Notes: generated by a model from the sequence alone, not told the origin. DNA of 64,000 nt from an uncultured virus (IMG/VR IMGVR_UViG_2786546710_000002) (IMGVR_UViG_2786546710_000002), one strand, 5' to 3'. Shown: positions 50,309-63,600, numbered from the stretch's first letter. Numbers and translations: made by a program.

Positions 50309-51109
50309 ATGAAATTAGCGGAGCTTATAAATAAAGCATATGAANAGCNNAGAGATGAAAAGCCTAGAGAATATATAGGTGCAAGTATTNTCGGTAATGA
50401 TTGCGAAGCTCTTATTGCTTTTTCTTTACGTGGATTTCCTAATGATCCAATCCCTTACAGATTGCAAAGAATATTTAGAGATGGTCATCGTATAGAAAAT
50501 GATGTTGTCTTTGATATTAAAAAAGCTAAAGTTAGAGTTATGGAAGTAGACCCATTTACTNGTAAACAATGGNCATTCCAAGGCTTTGGTGGTCACGCAG
50601 TTGGACACGCAGATGGAATGATTGAAGATGCCAATGGTNANTCTATGCTTTTAGAAATTAAAAGTATGAATGACAAGAAGTGGACTGAGTTTCAAAAGAA
50701 AGGTGTGAAGTTTAGTCATAGAAATTACTTCTCTCAAGTTCAATTTATGCTTGGTCTTGGCAAAATGGAANANTGTGTTTTNATTGCATATAANAAAAAC
50801 AACTCTGAATACTGCTCTGAANTAATTGAGTATGATGAGTTTTACTATAACNATTTATGTGNCAAAGTTGACAGAATACTAAGTGGTCAGGCACGTAAGA
50901 TAGCAACAGACCCTACAGATTGGAGATGTAGAGGTTGTTTTAAGAGGTCAGTATGTTGGGACGAAAAAGAAATAGAGGTAAAGACACTAAANACTTGCAA
51001 GAACTATCATCCGAAAGCGGATGGGAAGTGGATTTGCGAGAACGGTTGTCTGACGGAGTGCCTCAAATGGGAGAGATATCAACCTCTTCCAAAGACTATA
51101 TCTACTTAG
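50309..51109 (+). CDS. Cas4-like PD-(D/E)xK exonuclease
   Basis: YIGAS..G..C, GHADG, LEIKS, QVQFM and CRGCFKRSVC Fe-S cysteines. Confidence 0.85.
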   Translation: MKLAELINKAYEXXRDEKPREYIGASIXGNDCEALIAFSLRGFPNDPIPYRLQRIFRDGHRIENDVVFDIKKAKVRVMEVDPFTXKQWXFQGFGGHAVGHADGMIEDANGXSMLLEIKSMNDKKWTEFQKKGVKFSHRNYFSQVQFMLGLGKMEXCVXIAYXKNNSEYCSEXIEYDEFYYNXLCXKVDRILSGQARKIATDPTDWRCRGCFKRSVCWDEKEIEVKTLXTCKNYHPKADGKWICENGCLTECLKWERYQPLPKTIST

Positions 51110-51498
51110 CATCTCCTTATTCACTAAATAATACATCTAGTGAACAAGAGAAAGAATGTAGATATAGACAAGTGGCTAGGTGTGCTTATAAATTNTTATT
51201 ACAAGGTATAAGTATTTATAGTCCGATAGTTCATTACCATTCAATTCAAAAAGTTTGTGGTAATTTAATGAANCCAACTAAGTTTTGGTTAGAGTTAGAC
51301 TTTGGTTTGTTAAAACATTCTCAAGGTATGTTTGTTCTTATGATAGATGGTTGGTCAAAAAGTATAGGGGTAAGAAGAGAAATAGAATATTGTAGAAAAA
51401 TAGAACTNCCAGTAACTTTTATACATCCAGATGCTTACATTNTNAACGGCGAGANATCAACTATAGACNTAGACGGAAAGAAAAATGAGAAACATTGA
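51067..51498 (+). CDS. DUF1937 / nucleoside deoxyribosyltransferase-like protein
   Basis: IYLASPYS, YSPIVHYH and GWSKSIGVRREIEY motifs. Confidence 0.8.
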   Translation: MGEISTSSKDYIYLASPYSLNNTSSEQEKECRYRQVARCAYKXLLQGISIYSPIVHYHSIQKVCGNLMXPTKFWLELDFGLLKHSQGMFVLMIDGWSKSIGVRREIEYCRKIEXPVTFIHPDAYIXNGEXSTIDXDGKKNEKH

Positions 51499-51682
51499 TG
51501 TAGATATTGTTAAAAAAGAACACGAAATAGAAAGTGTTAANGATAGNATACGTGATCTCGAATGGAAAATAGATAAAGGAGAAGACGTGGAAATAGATGC
51601 ACGTACAAAAGCTTTAGATAAAATACGTCACCTTAAAAAAGAATTAACTGAACTTAAAATAAAAAAATTATGCCAAAGATAA
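51485..51682 (+). CDS. Hypothetical coiled-coil protein
   Basis: Coupled ORF. Confidence 0.65.
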   Translation: MRNIDVDIVKKEHEIESVXDXIRDLEWKIDKGEDVEIDARTKALDKIRHLKKELTELKIKKLCQR

Positions 51683-52206
51683 TTGGAATATGCGGAAGTA
51701 TAGGTTCCGGCAAAACACTTGTTGCAGATTATTTATGTGCNCAACATAACTTTTATAAAATTAANATGGCTTCTCCTATTAAAGATATGTTAAGTGCAGT
51801 TGGTTTAACAGACAACGAATTAGAAGGAGCCAAAAAAGAAATAGAAATAGATTTGTTATGTGGTCGTTCTCCTAGATATGCTATGCAAACATTAGGTACT
51901 GAATGGGGTAGACACATAATAGGTAAAGATATCTGGGTTAATTTATGGAGAAACAAAGCTTACAATCATATTGATATGAATTTAAATGTAGTTGCTGATG
52001 ACGTTAGATTTCATAATGAAGTAGAAATTATAAAAGAAATGGGTGGTAAAATAATCAAGTTAAGTAGAAGTTCATCTACAAAATCTCCACATAAATCAGA
52101 AGAATTAAAGTTTGATGTTGATATNAATATTGATAACAATGATAGTGTCTACGGCTTATATTCAAAAGTGGATAGTATTATTCAAGATTATGATNTAATA
52201 TTATAA
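51670..52206 (+). CDS. Deoxynucleoside monophosphate kinase
   Basis: IIGICGSIGSGKT, SPRYAMQTLGTEWGR and DDVRFHNE motifs. Confidence 0.9.
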   Translation: MPKIIGICGSIGSGKTLVADYLCXQHNFYKIXMASPIKDMLSAVGLTDNELEGAKKEIEIDLLCGRSPRYAMQTLGTEWGRHIIGKDIWVNLWRNKAYNHIDMNLNVVADDVRFHNEVEIIKEMGGKIIKLSRSSSTKSPHKSEELKFDVDXNIDNNDSVYGLYSKVDSIIQDYDXIL

Positions 52207-52222
52207 TAAACAAGGAGTTAAT

Positions 52223-52660
52223 ATGCTTTCACTACTAGGGTCATTACTTGGATTTGGAACTTCTTTCCTTCCAAAGTTACTTGGTTTCTTTGAAGAGAAG
52301 AGAGATCAAGCTCACGAACTCAAGTTAATGGACAAACAATTAGAGCAACAAATAAAACTTGGAGAACAAAAGCTACAATTTATGAATGTTGAAGCTGACA
52401 TTCGTGAAACAGAAGCTTTACAAAAAAGCCAAACAAAGATGACAGTCAAGTCATCACAATGGGTTATCAATTTATCTTCTAGTGTTAGACCTATAATGAC
52501 ATACCTTTTGTTTTTAGAATTTATGATACTTACATTTATGTTAGCATTTAATTCTATAGACTTAGAAATGTATAATAGAATTTGGTCTAACGAAATACAA
52601 GCAGTATGGGCGGCAGTTGTTTCATTCTGGTTTGGTCAAAGAAGTTTTAATAGAAAATGA
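52223..52660 (+). CDS. Holin-like membrane protein (GTA 3TM-holin-like)
   Basis: SVRPIMTY and SFWFGQR motifs, TM segments; precedes the lysozyme. Confidence 0.7.
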   Translation: MLSLLGSLLGFGTSFLPKLLGFFEEKRDQAHELKLMDKQLEQQIKLGEQKLQFMNVEADIRETEALQKSQTKMTVKSSQWVINLSSSVRPIMTYLLFLEFMILTFMLAFNSIDLEMYNRIWSNEIQAVWAAVVSFWFGQRSFNRK

Positions 52661-53109
52661 CAATCAACGAAGAAGGTTTAAGTATTATAAAACACTTCGA
52701 GGGTTTNTCCNCTTCCGTATACCTATGTCCGGCTANTCGTTGGACAATAGGTTACGGGTCTACGTGGGATAAATACAGAAAACCAGTTACTAAAACTCAC
52801 AAAGANATTACAGAAAAAGAAGCAGAAGGTCTTTTNNTACAAGAGTTAGACCACTGCTATNTTGCGATAAGNAAATTAGTAAATGCAGAACTAACAGAAA
52901 ATATGTATTCATCTTTGTGTTCATTTATATTNAATGTTGGTAGTGGAAACTTTCAAAGGTCTACATTAAGAATGAAATTAAATCGTGGTGATTACCACGG
53001 GGCATCTAATGAGCTACCAAAATGGCGAAAAGCAGGNGGTAAAATACTAAAAGGGTTGGTCAAAAGAAGGACGATAGAAAAGGAGTTATTTGATAGAGAC
53101 ATANTATGA
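52657..53109 (+). CDS. Endolysin, GH24 phage lysozyme
   Basis: IKHFEG...YLCPA..WTIGYG, NVGSGNF and GLVKRR..E motifs. Confidence 0.92.
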   Translation: MTINEEGLSIIKHFEGXSXSVYLCPAXRWTIGYGSTWDKYRKPVTKTHKXITEKEAEGLXXQELDHCYXAIXKLVNAELTENMYSSLCSFIXNVGSGNFQRSTLRMKLNRGDYHGASNELPKWRKAXGKILKGLVKRRTIEKELFDRDIX

Positions 53110-53366
53110 CCCTTGATTACCTACCCATTGTAAAAATTGAATGGTTAGATGCAATGTCCGATGANAATACTTGGCAGAAGTTAGAAGATTTAGAAAGACA
53201 NACATTNAGAAGTGTTCATTCTGTAGGTTGGCTTCTAAAAGAAAATCCNAAAACATATATTTTAATTTCATCATTTGATGGAGAAAGTCAATGTGGTGGT
53301 GGAGGGACGACTATACCTAAAAATTGTGTNAAAAATATAANATACTTAAAAAAANCTAAGAGATAA
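53106..53366 (+). CDS. Hypothetical protein (Sm/Hfq-like beta fold possible)
   Basis: IEWLDA...SVGWLL...TIPK pattern. Confidence 0.7.
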   Translation: MTLDYLPIVKIEWLDAMSDXNTWQKLEDLERXTXRSVHSVGWLLKENXKTYILISSFDGESQCGGGGTTIPKNCXKNIXYLKKXKR

Positions 53367-53369
53367 CCT

Positions 53370-53789
53370 ATGAATTATGGAAATGATCAANCACAAAATT
53401 TAGCAAGTTTAATTGCACAATACCTTNATATCAATATGCAAGGAGGNGGCAATCCTACATATGCCGCTCCTGATANTATGGGTGTAAGAGAAAAAGGTAT
53501 GGATATATCTGGNAATGTTCAAGCTAANATACCTATGGATNAACTTATTAATGATGCAATATTAAAATTAAGAGCTTCAGGTTTTGGGTATAGTGGGGGA
53601 GTGAAGTTTCCGGAAGCAATGCAANAGATGGGTGCTCCAGACAAAATAGAATATTCNGGTAAAGGNATAGACAATATAGGCATTGGTTTTCAGAAAGCTT
53701 TAAAGAATGGTATGTTTAGCNTAGATGGTGATTACAATCCNCAAACAAATAGTAAATCTATAAACGCAAAATTCAAATTAAATTTTTAA
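53370..53789 (+). CDS. Hypothetical beta-strand protein ending in Phe
   Basis: Ends SINAKFKLNF. Confidence 0.65.
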   Translation: MNYGNDQXQNLASLIAQYLXINMQGXGNPTYAAPDXMGVREKGMDISXNVQAXIPMDXLINDAILKLRASGFGYSGGVKFPEAMQXMGAPDKIEYXGKXIDNIGIGFQKALKNGMFSXDGDYNXQTNSKSINAKFKLNF

Positions 53790-53921
53790 ATGGTGAAGAA
53801 NGCNAAGTTTGGNGTAANCACTTATGTTGANAAGTCTAGAAAAAANATTGGAAGNCACAAAAAAAATATGCGTAAAGACGAAAAAAAAAATTATAAAAAA
53901 TATCGTGGTCAAGGCAGATGA
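53790..53921 (+). CDS. Tiny basic protein (43 aa, ends KKYRGQGR)
   Basis: Translated by hand; abuts the previous stop codon. Confidence 0.6.
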   Translation: MVKXXKFXVXTYVXKSRKXIGXHKKNMRKDEKKNYKKYRGQGR

Positions 53922-53979
53922 ATATAAAAAGGAACACATNAAACAACAGAAAGACCCAAGACATAANCAATGGTAGGAG

Positions 53980-54168
53980 ATGANACAAAAAGATACTAAA
54001 TGGATATTAGGTTTATTAGGTTCAGTACTATTAGGATTGTCGACTTGGGTATTAGTNGAAGTAGTAGAATTAAGATCAACGGTGTCTATGATGAACCAAG
54101 AACTTCTNAATATAGATAAACAATTTGGTAGGGTTTATAATTTTATAGATAGGTTTTTATCTAAATGA
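53980..54168 (+). CDS. Membrane-anchored coiled-coil protein
   Basis: TM helix plus coiled coil. Confidence 0.6.
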   Translation: MXQKDTKWILGLLGSVLLGLSTWVLXEVVELRSTVSMMNQELXNIDKQFGRVYNFIDRFLSK

Positions 54169-54606
54169 CATATAAACTATAAANANTAANNCTGATCCAC
54201 CAANTATAGTNCCAGATATTATCCAAAANANTTGTAAGTTNTCNTCATANTGAANTCTNTTNCTATGAGCAACNCTNTTTGCTTCTTCTTTAGCNTCGTG
54301 TATTCTGTCTGCTCTTTCTTTTAATATACCCGCCCAAGTTCCGTGACCAAATCTTAGGTCTATTAACTGACCCATTTCNTTNAATNTTTCTCTAGCAAGT
54401 TTTGCATTTATAGTTTCTTCTGCNACAGANNGAACAGAAAACATACTTCTTTTATTTCTTTTCTTATTGATTTGGCTTTCGCCTTCAAACATATCGTCTA
54501 TGTGTTGAGCTAATTTAGTTACATCATTAGCNTTAGTAACTAGTTTTTTAATTTGGTCTGCGGCTTTATTAACTAAAGCAATGCCAGATATTATTTCTGC
54601 AAACAC
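54157..54606 (-). CDS. Hypothetical membrane protein
   Basis: Coupled to the stop of the giant gene; C-terminal TM helix. Confidence 0.7.
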   Translation of the reverse strand: MFAEIISGIALVNKAADQIKKLVTXANDVTKLAQHIDDMFEGESQINKKRNKRSMFSVXSXAEETINAKLAREXXXEMGQLIDLRFGHGTWAGILKERADRIHXAKEEAXXVAHXXRXXYXXNLQXFWIISXTIXGGSXLXFIVYMSFR

Positions 54607-57600
54607 TAATACCTCGCTTTATTAAACTTTGATAATAATTTATATAGATCACTGTTTTCTCCAAANTTATTATTGGATGAAGATGAACCACTTCCTCCAA
54701 TCTCTCCTCCAATAAGGTCTGCCCCNCCTTCGGAGAAAGGTCTAAAGCCACCAACAACGGGCACTCTACGTAATAATGTTCTAGCAAAAATTCTTTCTTC
54801 TGCGTTTGATCCATCATCATCGCCAGTTAATTTTTCTGTAAGTAATTCTGAGCCACCTTTTAATGATAAGAAGGCATCTGTACCCGCACCAAATGAAGGA
54901 CCAAGAACAGCACTAGCCGCTCTTAAAGCACCATAATGTTGGTTATCTGCTTGAGCGGCGGCATTAAAGAAAAACTCTGCAAGTAATCCNAAACCTCCCA
55001 ATGCAATAATACCTTCAAGATATTGACCAAGATATCTATCAGCATCTATCCCTACAAAATCTTCTATTTCTTCTTGATCAAATCCTGCTAAAGATAAAGA
55101 CTTACCAAGAATAGTTTTAGAAAACTGACGATCTCTTAATTGTCTTGATTGATCATCNTCACCACCTCTTGATTGTAAAAAATCTTTAGAAGCATTTGCT
55201 CCAAATCCCATACCCGCACCAACACTTAACAATGCTATTGCCGGTTTTGGATTTCCTTTAACAAGTTCNTGNCCTACATANTTAGTCATTCTACCCATCA
55301 TTAATGGGAAAGATTTTAATTGAAAGATTGCCGCCCCTGATGGTGTTTGTGCCCANAATGGNATGTCNTTTGGATCAGGTGTAAATATAGTNTCNTTTAC
55401 AAACCTCATAATAGCATAACGCATTTTGTCATCGCCTTGACTTTCAGCTAGACCACCTATTTTTTTATCAATTCTGTTTGCGTATTCTCCAAGACCATAT
55501 CTATCTAAAAATCTTTTAGCTGTTTTATATGCTTTAGTANTAGTTGTTCCTTCAGCTAAATGTCTTTGTGCAATATTAGCTTGTGATTTAAAACTTTCAT
55601 ATCCGACTATTGCAGATATCTCTCTGTTCATATTAGTCCAACTTGTTAAACCCGTTCCATAAAAGAAAGCGTGTTGGAATTTTTGTGATCCATCACCACT
55701 CATATGTGTCATTCTATCGTGCACTAAGTTTTCTACACCTACACCTATGTTTCTTGAAAACTCTCTATACTCAGGTTNGTTCATATATTTATACCAAGAC
55801 TTTGCCCAACCACTAAAGTTACCACTTCTAATTAATGGTAAGGTTACATCAGGTAAAGATGTAAGAGTTGTCCAACCTAAAAGTGTTACTGCNTTGAAAG
55901 AACGTAAATTTTTACTAATTTTATTAGCCATTATATCATCACTTANTGGCTTCTTATCCAACACAAGTGTCATATTNCTAAAGAATTTTTCTGTATTTTC
56001 ATTAACNCCTATAGGAAAATCTTTGAGAGCATTTACTACTGCATCAATTCTATGTTCTAAATTACTTAACTGACCTCTAGTTAAATCTGTTGTATCTGCC
56101 ATAGNNATTAATTCTCTTTTAGCTTGGTCTATGTAATTNTTTGNAGTTGNANTATCTGCTTCAGCAAAATTTCTTTTCATTGTTTCAAGAATNTNTTCAA
56201 GCTCNTTACCANTTGNNGTCATCAATGGTGGAATTTGTAAATGAGAAACCTCNATTGGTTCACTTGCTCCAGTCTTAGTACTATAAGACATTACTGGAGT
56301 AGATAAAATTCTTGAAGCTACTGCTGTGCCACCTTTTGCTGTTTGTATATAAGTATCTAAGCCGTGTGCGTTTGCACCAAANTCTTTTGCTAAAAGTTTT
56401 TTTCTAGTAGTTCTATCAAAGTATTTTGTAACAATACCTTCNAGATCGTTAACCATAAATTGTTCAAACTCTGGAACATCATCAGGTTGTAAGTTAATAA
56501 TTCTTTCATAGAATGGATCAGAAGATGCTCTAGTATATAAATCTTGGTCTACATCTATACGTCCTTCTGTGTTAGTAATACGTTTCATTATTTTATCTGC
56601 TAATTCTTCTACTTGAATTAAATCAAATTGTTCTCCATTAGCTCTNTTATCTCTAATAATNTAATTTATTAGACTTTGTGAAAACTTAGCGGGGTTACTA
56701 GCAACTGCNTCAGCATCCCAAACTTGTGGTAAGTAGTATTTACTACCAGTACGTTTAGTAACATCACCAACACTTATTCCTAAATTGTGCATATCATCTA
56801 GTTCTTGTCTAAATGTTNTAATAAGTAATTCAGCAATAGCTTTTTCTTGACCATTNANAGTTGAAATATCTTGTCTACGTATTGCACTTAATATTCTTTT
56901 NTGAGATTGAGGTTGTTGTACAATAGCATCTGGCACTCCTCTTCCTACACCGGGTANAACTTTAAAGAANGGTAGTGTTTTATTTAAATATCTTTTAATA
57001 CCAGTTCTATTGTCATCTAGTTTTCTAAGCATTGTCATAATTGGTTGAACACTTTTAGCTAAATCCGCTGAGTGTTTTTGATATATNCCTGCTCCATTCT
57101 CAGGTTTAATTTTATTACCAAACCAATTAGCTCCAATACGTCTTGCGTGAACAGAATTNTCTCTTATAAAATTACCNCCAGTATGTTGTTGAATTGTTTT
57201 TATTTCGTCTGGACCCAGTGGTTTTTGATCCATCATTTTTTTCATTACTCTTTGATATGAAGGAGGAACTTCAAATTCTGTTTCTCCTTTACTACCAATG
57301 TATACATAATCAGATGGTTTCATAGTNTTACCCTTTTGAACCATCTCATTTAATATAGAACCATTTAAACTATTAAAACCATTATCTTGTGCAGAATAAA
57401 ACATCCCGTCTACTTCTCCATCAAAGTGATCAGCATCAACGTGTTTCATNTTTTTATTATCAAAGATAACAATTCCATCTATGTATTGTGNNTATCTTTG
57501 TGGATGTAATTCAGATACTAAAAATCCNTCATATCCCATTTCTTNAAAAGCACCGGTTAATATATCTTTAGCTTCTTTTTCACTTCTNCCACCGGCTTCT

Positions 57601-60600
57601 AATGCTCCTACCATNTCAAGCCATAAATCTTCTCCAGTAAACTCTTCNCCCATATGTTGTAAGTTGTTTATTAATACTCTTGNTGTNNNAGGNTCAAAAA
57701 CATTTAGTGCAGACATTTTAANAAAAATATCTTTAACATCATTTTTCATACCAGAATTTAGTGAGTAATAATCNTCAGTTTTAAATGAAAACATATTGTC
57801 TGCTTTNACAAACATAGGTAAAACTTTTGGATATANAGTTGCACCCGTAGTTTTATTTAATAAATTGTAAAGAATTTTTTCTTGATTTGCTAATTCTTTA
57901 ATTCTATCGCTATCTCTTACAAAAGTATTAGCAGGATCATTATCTAATGGATCAATAACTCCTTTTCTTATATCTTCTGCTCTTTGCATAGTAGAGCCGT
58001 GTAATGAACGTGCATCCATATCAGTAACTATTTCATCTATTTCATTACGTATTTGAACTATTTTCTCTGCAATCTCATCACCTTCTAAAAGTGCACGTGG
58101 GTTATCTGTTGCATTTCTAACCATTGCTTTTAATGATAGTAAATGTGCTGTTTCAGAATATACATTTGCACTTGGTGCGTCTTTTGTTAAGTAAACACCT
58201 TTACCAAACAATCCGTCTTCTGAAGCATTGAGTTTTACATCAGGATTTTCGTGTTTATTAAATGCCATACCATTTGGTGTGCCGTGATAATAAACATAAT
58301 CTATTAGATTATCTGCTTCTCTAGCATTTAAAAATGTTCGGACAGCAATATCTTTACCTTCATCATAACTATTAATAGCTTCACGTGCATATCTTGGTGC
58401 TAAGTTCTCATCTACAGCATATGAATTAGTAGCATCTAAACCACTTTTTAATGGTGAATTCTTTTGTTTTCTGTTTTGAAATAAATCTCCACCAAATGTA
58501 AGGTATCTGTATTGTTGTCTAATAGACTTACTTCCTATCAATCCGTTTAATAGATACATTGCATATTCGATAACTTCATCAAGCATACCGTGAAGTCTAC
58601 CTTTAAGAGTTATGTTTCCATAAACATCTTGTTTGGCTATTCTATTTCCAAGATATTGAACCCAACCATCAACAAACCATTCTTCAGCTATTCTAGCTTC
58701 TATAGTTTGCTCATCTAATCCGTGTTCTTTTTTATAAAGTTTTCTATAAATATCATTCTGCTTTACAGCATTTGGCTCTTGTTTTTGTAGTGCTTCTCTA
58801 AACGCAAGTAACATATCTCCTTTTTTGTTATTATCGAAACTACCATTTATTAGTAAATGACCAACTTCGTGTATTGCTGTATAGTCTGCATTCGGTGCAC
58901 CTCCACGTATTCCTATAAATGAAGCACCCGCATCACCTGATTTTAAAGCTATGCCTAATTTTCTAGCAGTTTTTCTAATATAGTTTAGTTCTGGTCCATC
59001 ATTAACGTGCCTAAATGCACCTGATGCTGTGGCATCAGTCTTCATATGAGGCATTAATCTTGATATATCGTCTATGCTTAAAAAATTAGCATCGTCTAAA
59101 GATTTTCTTCTTGTTTTGCCTAGTAAATTTACAAGTCTATAGACAAGTGTTCTAGCTGTATCTTCTACTACTGGATCACGATGTGTAACTTTTCGTAACA
59201 ATTCTTTAACGTAGACGGGAGCTTTAGCGGGTATTCCATTTTCTCCACTAACACCTCTAGTCTGTGCTGTTTCTACATCTATAAGTTTATTTACTTCAGA
59301 AGACTTAATACTTAGTTTCGGGTCTGCTCCATATATTTCTCTTAAATACACAGCGGCATTTAACATACCTTCGTCATTACCCAAGTTTTTAGCTTCGTAA
59401 ATAGACCTAATTAAGTCGTCTACGGTTTCTGCGGGTTTACCTCTAAAGGTTGGTTGTGATAAATCTAAAGCAACATCTCCTTTAAAGTCTCTAATTTCAG
59501 GAACGGTATTCATTTTTTGTTTAAAAATACGTGCCATATCTTTTAGACGAGAGCTTGGTGTACCTTTAATAGATTTCATTTCTACCAAAAGTTCATTTAA
59601 ACTCATTTCATTTGGAGATTTAACCACTTTATCTAGAGCATCTCCCGCCTCTGTTTCTGCTTTTAAAATATTTGGTAGATCATCTTCTATATCTTGAGCT
59701 ATTTTAACAAATTGTTGTGCACCTATTGTTTGTTCTCTGTGGAATTTTTTACCTACACGTTGTTTGTGCATTCTAGCTTTTAGGTTTTGACCACCAACTT
59801 GTAAGTTAGCTTTATTATTACTAGTAAGTTGTATTGAAACATTTCTACCTTTTTCAAACTCAGGAAGTTTTTTACTGAGTTTTACTCTTAGTCTTTTATC
59901 AAGTTCATTAAGAACATTTAAACTATCCATTACTTGTACAACTAATTTCTCTCTTAGGTCTGCATCATCTGGTGCAAGTCTGTATAGGTTTCCTGCTTCG
60001 TCAGTGTTTTCACTTATACCAGTACGTTGTAAAGTTATATCTCCAACTTCATCGTTTAATATTTTATTAGCCTGATCTTCTAACTCATCAGCAGACATTT
60101 TTTCTAATGCTTTATTCCATTTGTTTTCAAATGTTTTTCTAGTTCCTGCCATACGTTCTAAATCTGCCGCATCTAAAGGTACAAATTTTCCTGCTTGATC
60201 AGGAAATTCTTTTTGCAATGTTCTAATATTTGTCATTGTTGATTTTACTTTAAGAAGCACAGCAAAGTTTTGTCTACCAGTTGGTGTAGTTGGTAGACCT
60301 CTATGATCTTGTTGATTTTCTGGTGTGTCTAAAAATCTAAGTCTTGCTTTACGATCTTTTGCACCACGTAGTTTATAAAACTTTTTATTTTGTTCTCCAT
60401 TAAAAGCTAACACAGCAGACATAAAACTTGGATGCTCAAAGTTCGTATCTCCAGTAACATTTCTACCACCTAAAGCGGCTCTCATTTGGTCTACGTCACC
60501 GCTGTCCAAAGCTTTTATAAGTCCTATTCTTGTTTGATCAAACTCCATAAGTTTTTGTAAGATAAACCTATCACCTCTTGGTAAGGCATCCATCTTTTTA

Positions 60601-63600
60601 TAAAGCTCATTATATCTATTGACTGGATGTTCATCTGGAAACACTCTTTGAAATATTGGAATTAAATCAGGCTCTATAGTTGCATCAGTAACAGCACGTC
60701 TTACATCTGAACTTCCTATACCTAATTTTTCAGAAACTACTCTTTGTATATGTTTAGCTATTTTTTTCCATAAAGCTAATACTTCTTGAGCTAAACCCGC
60801 TTTGTTGTTTGCTAAAGCATATTGAGTAAATTGTTGTGCAAAAAATTCTTGTGGACTTCTTAATTCATTTTCAAATTGTCCCGGTAATCTTTTCTTTAAT
60901 TCTTCAAAGTCAACTCCTCGATCTCCTATATATTTACCCATAGTTCTCCAAAAAGATTTTTTGTCTTGTGGTGTTAAAACATTTGCATAAGACCAATGTC
61001 CTATTTCGTGAATAGTTTTTACAAACTCAGGAGAACCTTGACCGGCTATATCTCTAGTAATATCAAGACCAATTCTATTTGCATATTGGTCTGCGTAAGC
61101 ACCTTGTCTTTTGTATATGTTTACAGCTATGTCATCTCTACCAGTTTGAGCCATAGAGAATTGTGGTAGTCTACTATCTGATCCTGCAATATTATGTAAA
61201 ACATTTAAAACTGCATTTATCTCACCTTGAGAAACATTTTTCTTTCTCATTATTCCTTGTAGTTGTGCCATAGATGCAATTCTTCTGGCATTAGGAAACT
61301 TAATTCCGTGAGGTGCTTTTTGTTCTACTACATCATAAAGAAGCTCCATCTCTTTCATAAACTTTTGATATTCAGCTATGTTTGAAAAAGCTTTAGCTGT
61401 CCAAGGTGTGTTTTCTTTTAGTTCAATTTCATCCACAAGTTTTGCTAATGTAGTTATTCTTGCAAAATCAGGATTATCATTAAAGTCTGATGGTGATAGC
61501 CTGACCTTTTGTGCATCTTTGATGGTCATAGGCATAAATTTGCTTTCAACAATTTCTTTATCTAAATTATTTCCTGCATCTACATCTGTACTTTTTTGTG
61601 TATACGCCGCTACATTATCATCGTCTACGGCTCTAAATGTTCTCTTTGCTTTAGCTCCTTTAAGCTTACTATCAACGTGACCAATAATAAATAACTCGTC
61701 TATTTGTGTTCCTAATATATCTGATATTTTTTTAGCTGATTGAGCATTACTTGGTATTCTTACAGAACTATCAATATTGTCAGAAAATTTACCACTTACT
61801 AATTGTATTGCAAGTTTACGTCCAGTTGGAACTTGTATATCAGATACAACTTGATTTACGTTTGGGTTTTTGTGTTCAACAATATCTGTTGCAGTATCAT
61901 CTACTGGTGCATCATCAGCTTCAAGTTTAGCATTTTGATATGTAGTAGTATTTGAAGCATCTGTTTCAATATACTCTAAACCATCATCAGGATCAGTATG
62001 TTTTGATTTTTTTAATAAGCCATCGTTGTAAGCATTTTCAATACGTGTGCCTAATAATTTAGGTAATGTTTCTTGAGCTATTTTTGCAGAAGCAAAGTCA
62101 ACGTCTGCTACATCATATATATGTGCAGAAGTTCTGCCATCTTTGAATTGCTTCATTACACCAACCTTTTCTCCAAGGAAGGTTATATCTGTTACACTTT
62201 GTGGATTGTCTGCATAATCTCCTGCATTAACTTTTCTTGTTTTATATTGAAGATGATTATTTAAATCTATTTCAATACCTTTGTAATTATATACTTTGAT
62301 AGGAAACTTACCTACTGGTTTAGTGTTAGGAGCATTATTTCCTTTCTCCATTGTTCTTTTAAATTGTTTTTGAGCATAAGCTAGTCTTTGTTCGTATTCT
62401 ATTTCAGATATAATTCCATCTTTAAACTCTTCACGAGCATTATCCATATCTCTTTTTAATTTATTTTTATAAGCTTCTTTTCTAGAAAGCTTACTAGCTA
62501 AAGCATTACTTGCTTCAACATCATCTTTGTCTACTGGCTTACCACTATATCCTTCAGCAGTTTCATTTATATCACCACCTTTTTGGCTAATACCTTTTGC
62601 ATCTGCAAGTTTAGATACTGTTAATGTATTTACATTTTCTTTTGATCCATCATCAGGAAGTTGTTTTCTAACTTTTGCAATCTCAGCTTTTAAAAGGTTT
62701 CTTTGTTGTTTTAAATTTTCAATCTGTGTTTTTTGATATCCTTCTGGAACTGATCCGTCTTTTGGATTTTCCAAATCTTGAATACGTCTAGACATTTCTT
62801 TTCGTTGATTGACTAAGTCTTCGTATCTTCTTCGTGGAGTTGTTTTATCTCTTACAATATCATCTGATGCTAATTGTTTAGCAGTCGAGTGAGTTTGAGT
62901 TCTTCTATATAAACGAATGTCTGCTAGTAAATCACCAAAAGTTTCACCAACATATTCGTTGTTTACATTCTTTTCTAACTTACCAGTGTCTCTATTAAAG
63001 AATACAGTTTTATCTGAGGGAATATCATCACGACTAAAATAAACTCTGTGAGTTGCCGCATCATAAAAACCTTCTTGACCTTTAATAAATGCTTTTGTAT
63101 TTGCACGAGTTTCAGTTTCAATTCCTGCTTCAACTCTTTGTTTAAAATATTTCTGACCATTAATTTCTACCAGTCCTAAAGTTCCGGGTATCATATTTTC
63201 TCTTTGATCAAACCCTTGCGGTATTTTTTTTCTACCATCAGCAAGACCAATCTTTTTTAATTCTTCTGCTTTAGCTAATCTAAACATCCAAAACTTACGG
63301 GGAGTTCTAGTTTGACTTAAAGGGTCTTTTCTACCAGTTGTTACATCTGGAATTATATCACCTCCAGAACTATTATTAGGGTATTTAGAACGTACCTCAC
63401 TTGGATCACCATATACAACTTGGTTTACACCAGTACGCTCATCAAAGCTTGTTCTTGTCGTAGACATACCAGTTAAGTTATTTAATTTTGTTCTTAACTC
63501 TTGTGATAGTTTTTCATCAACAACAATATCTTCACCTTTAACACCAGTTTCCTTTGCTTCTTTTCTCATTTGCTTTCTAACAATTGAGCCAATCTCATCT

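Noticed and set aside
50309..51109. CRISPR-Cas system
   Set aside because: Solo Cas4-like nuclease in a Sak4/SSB module; no array or other cas genes seen
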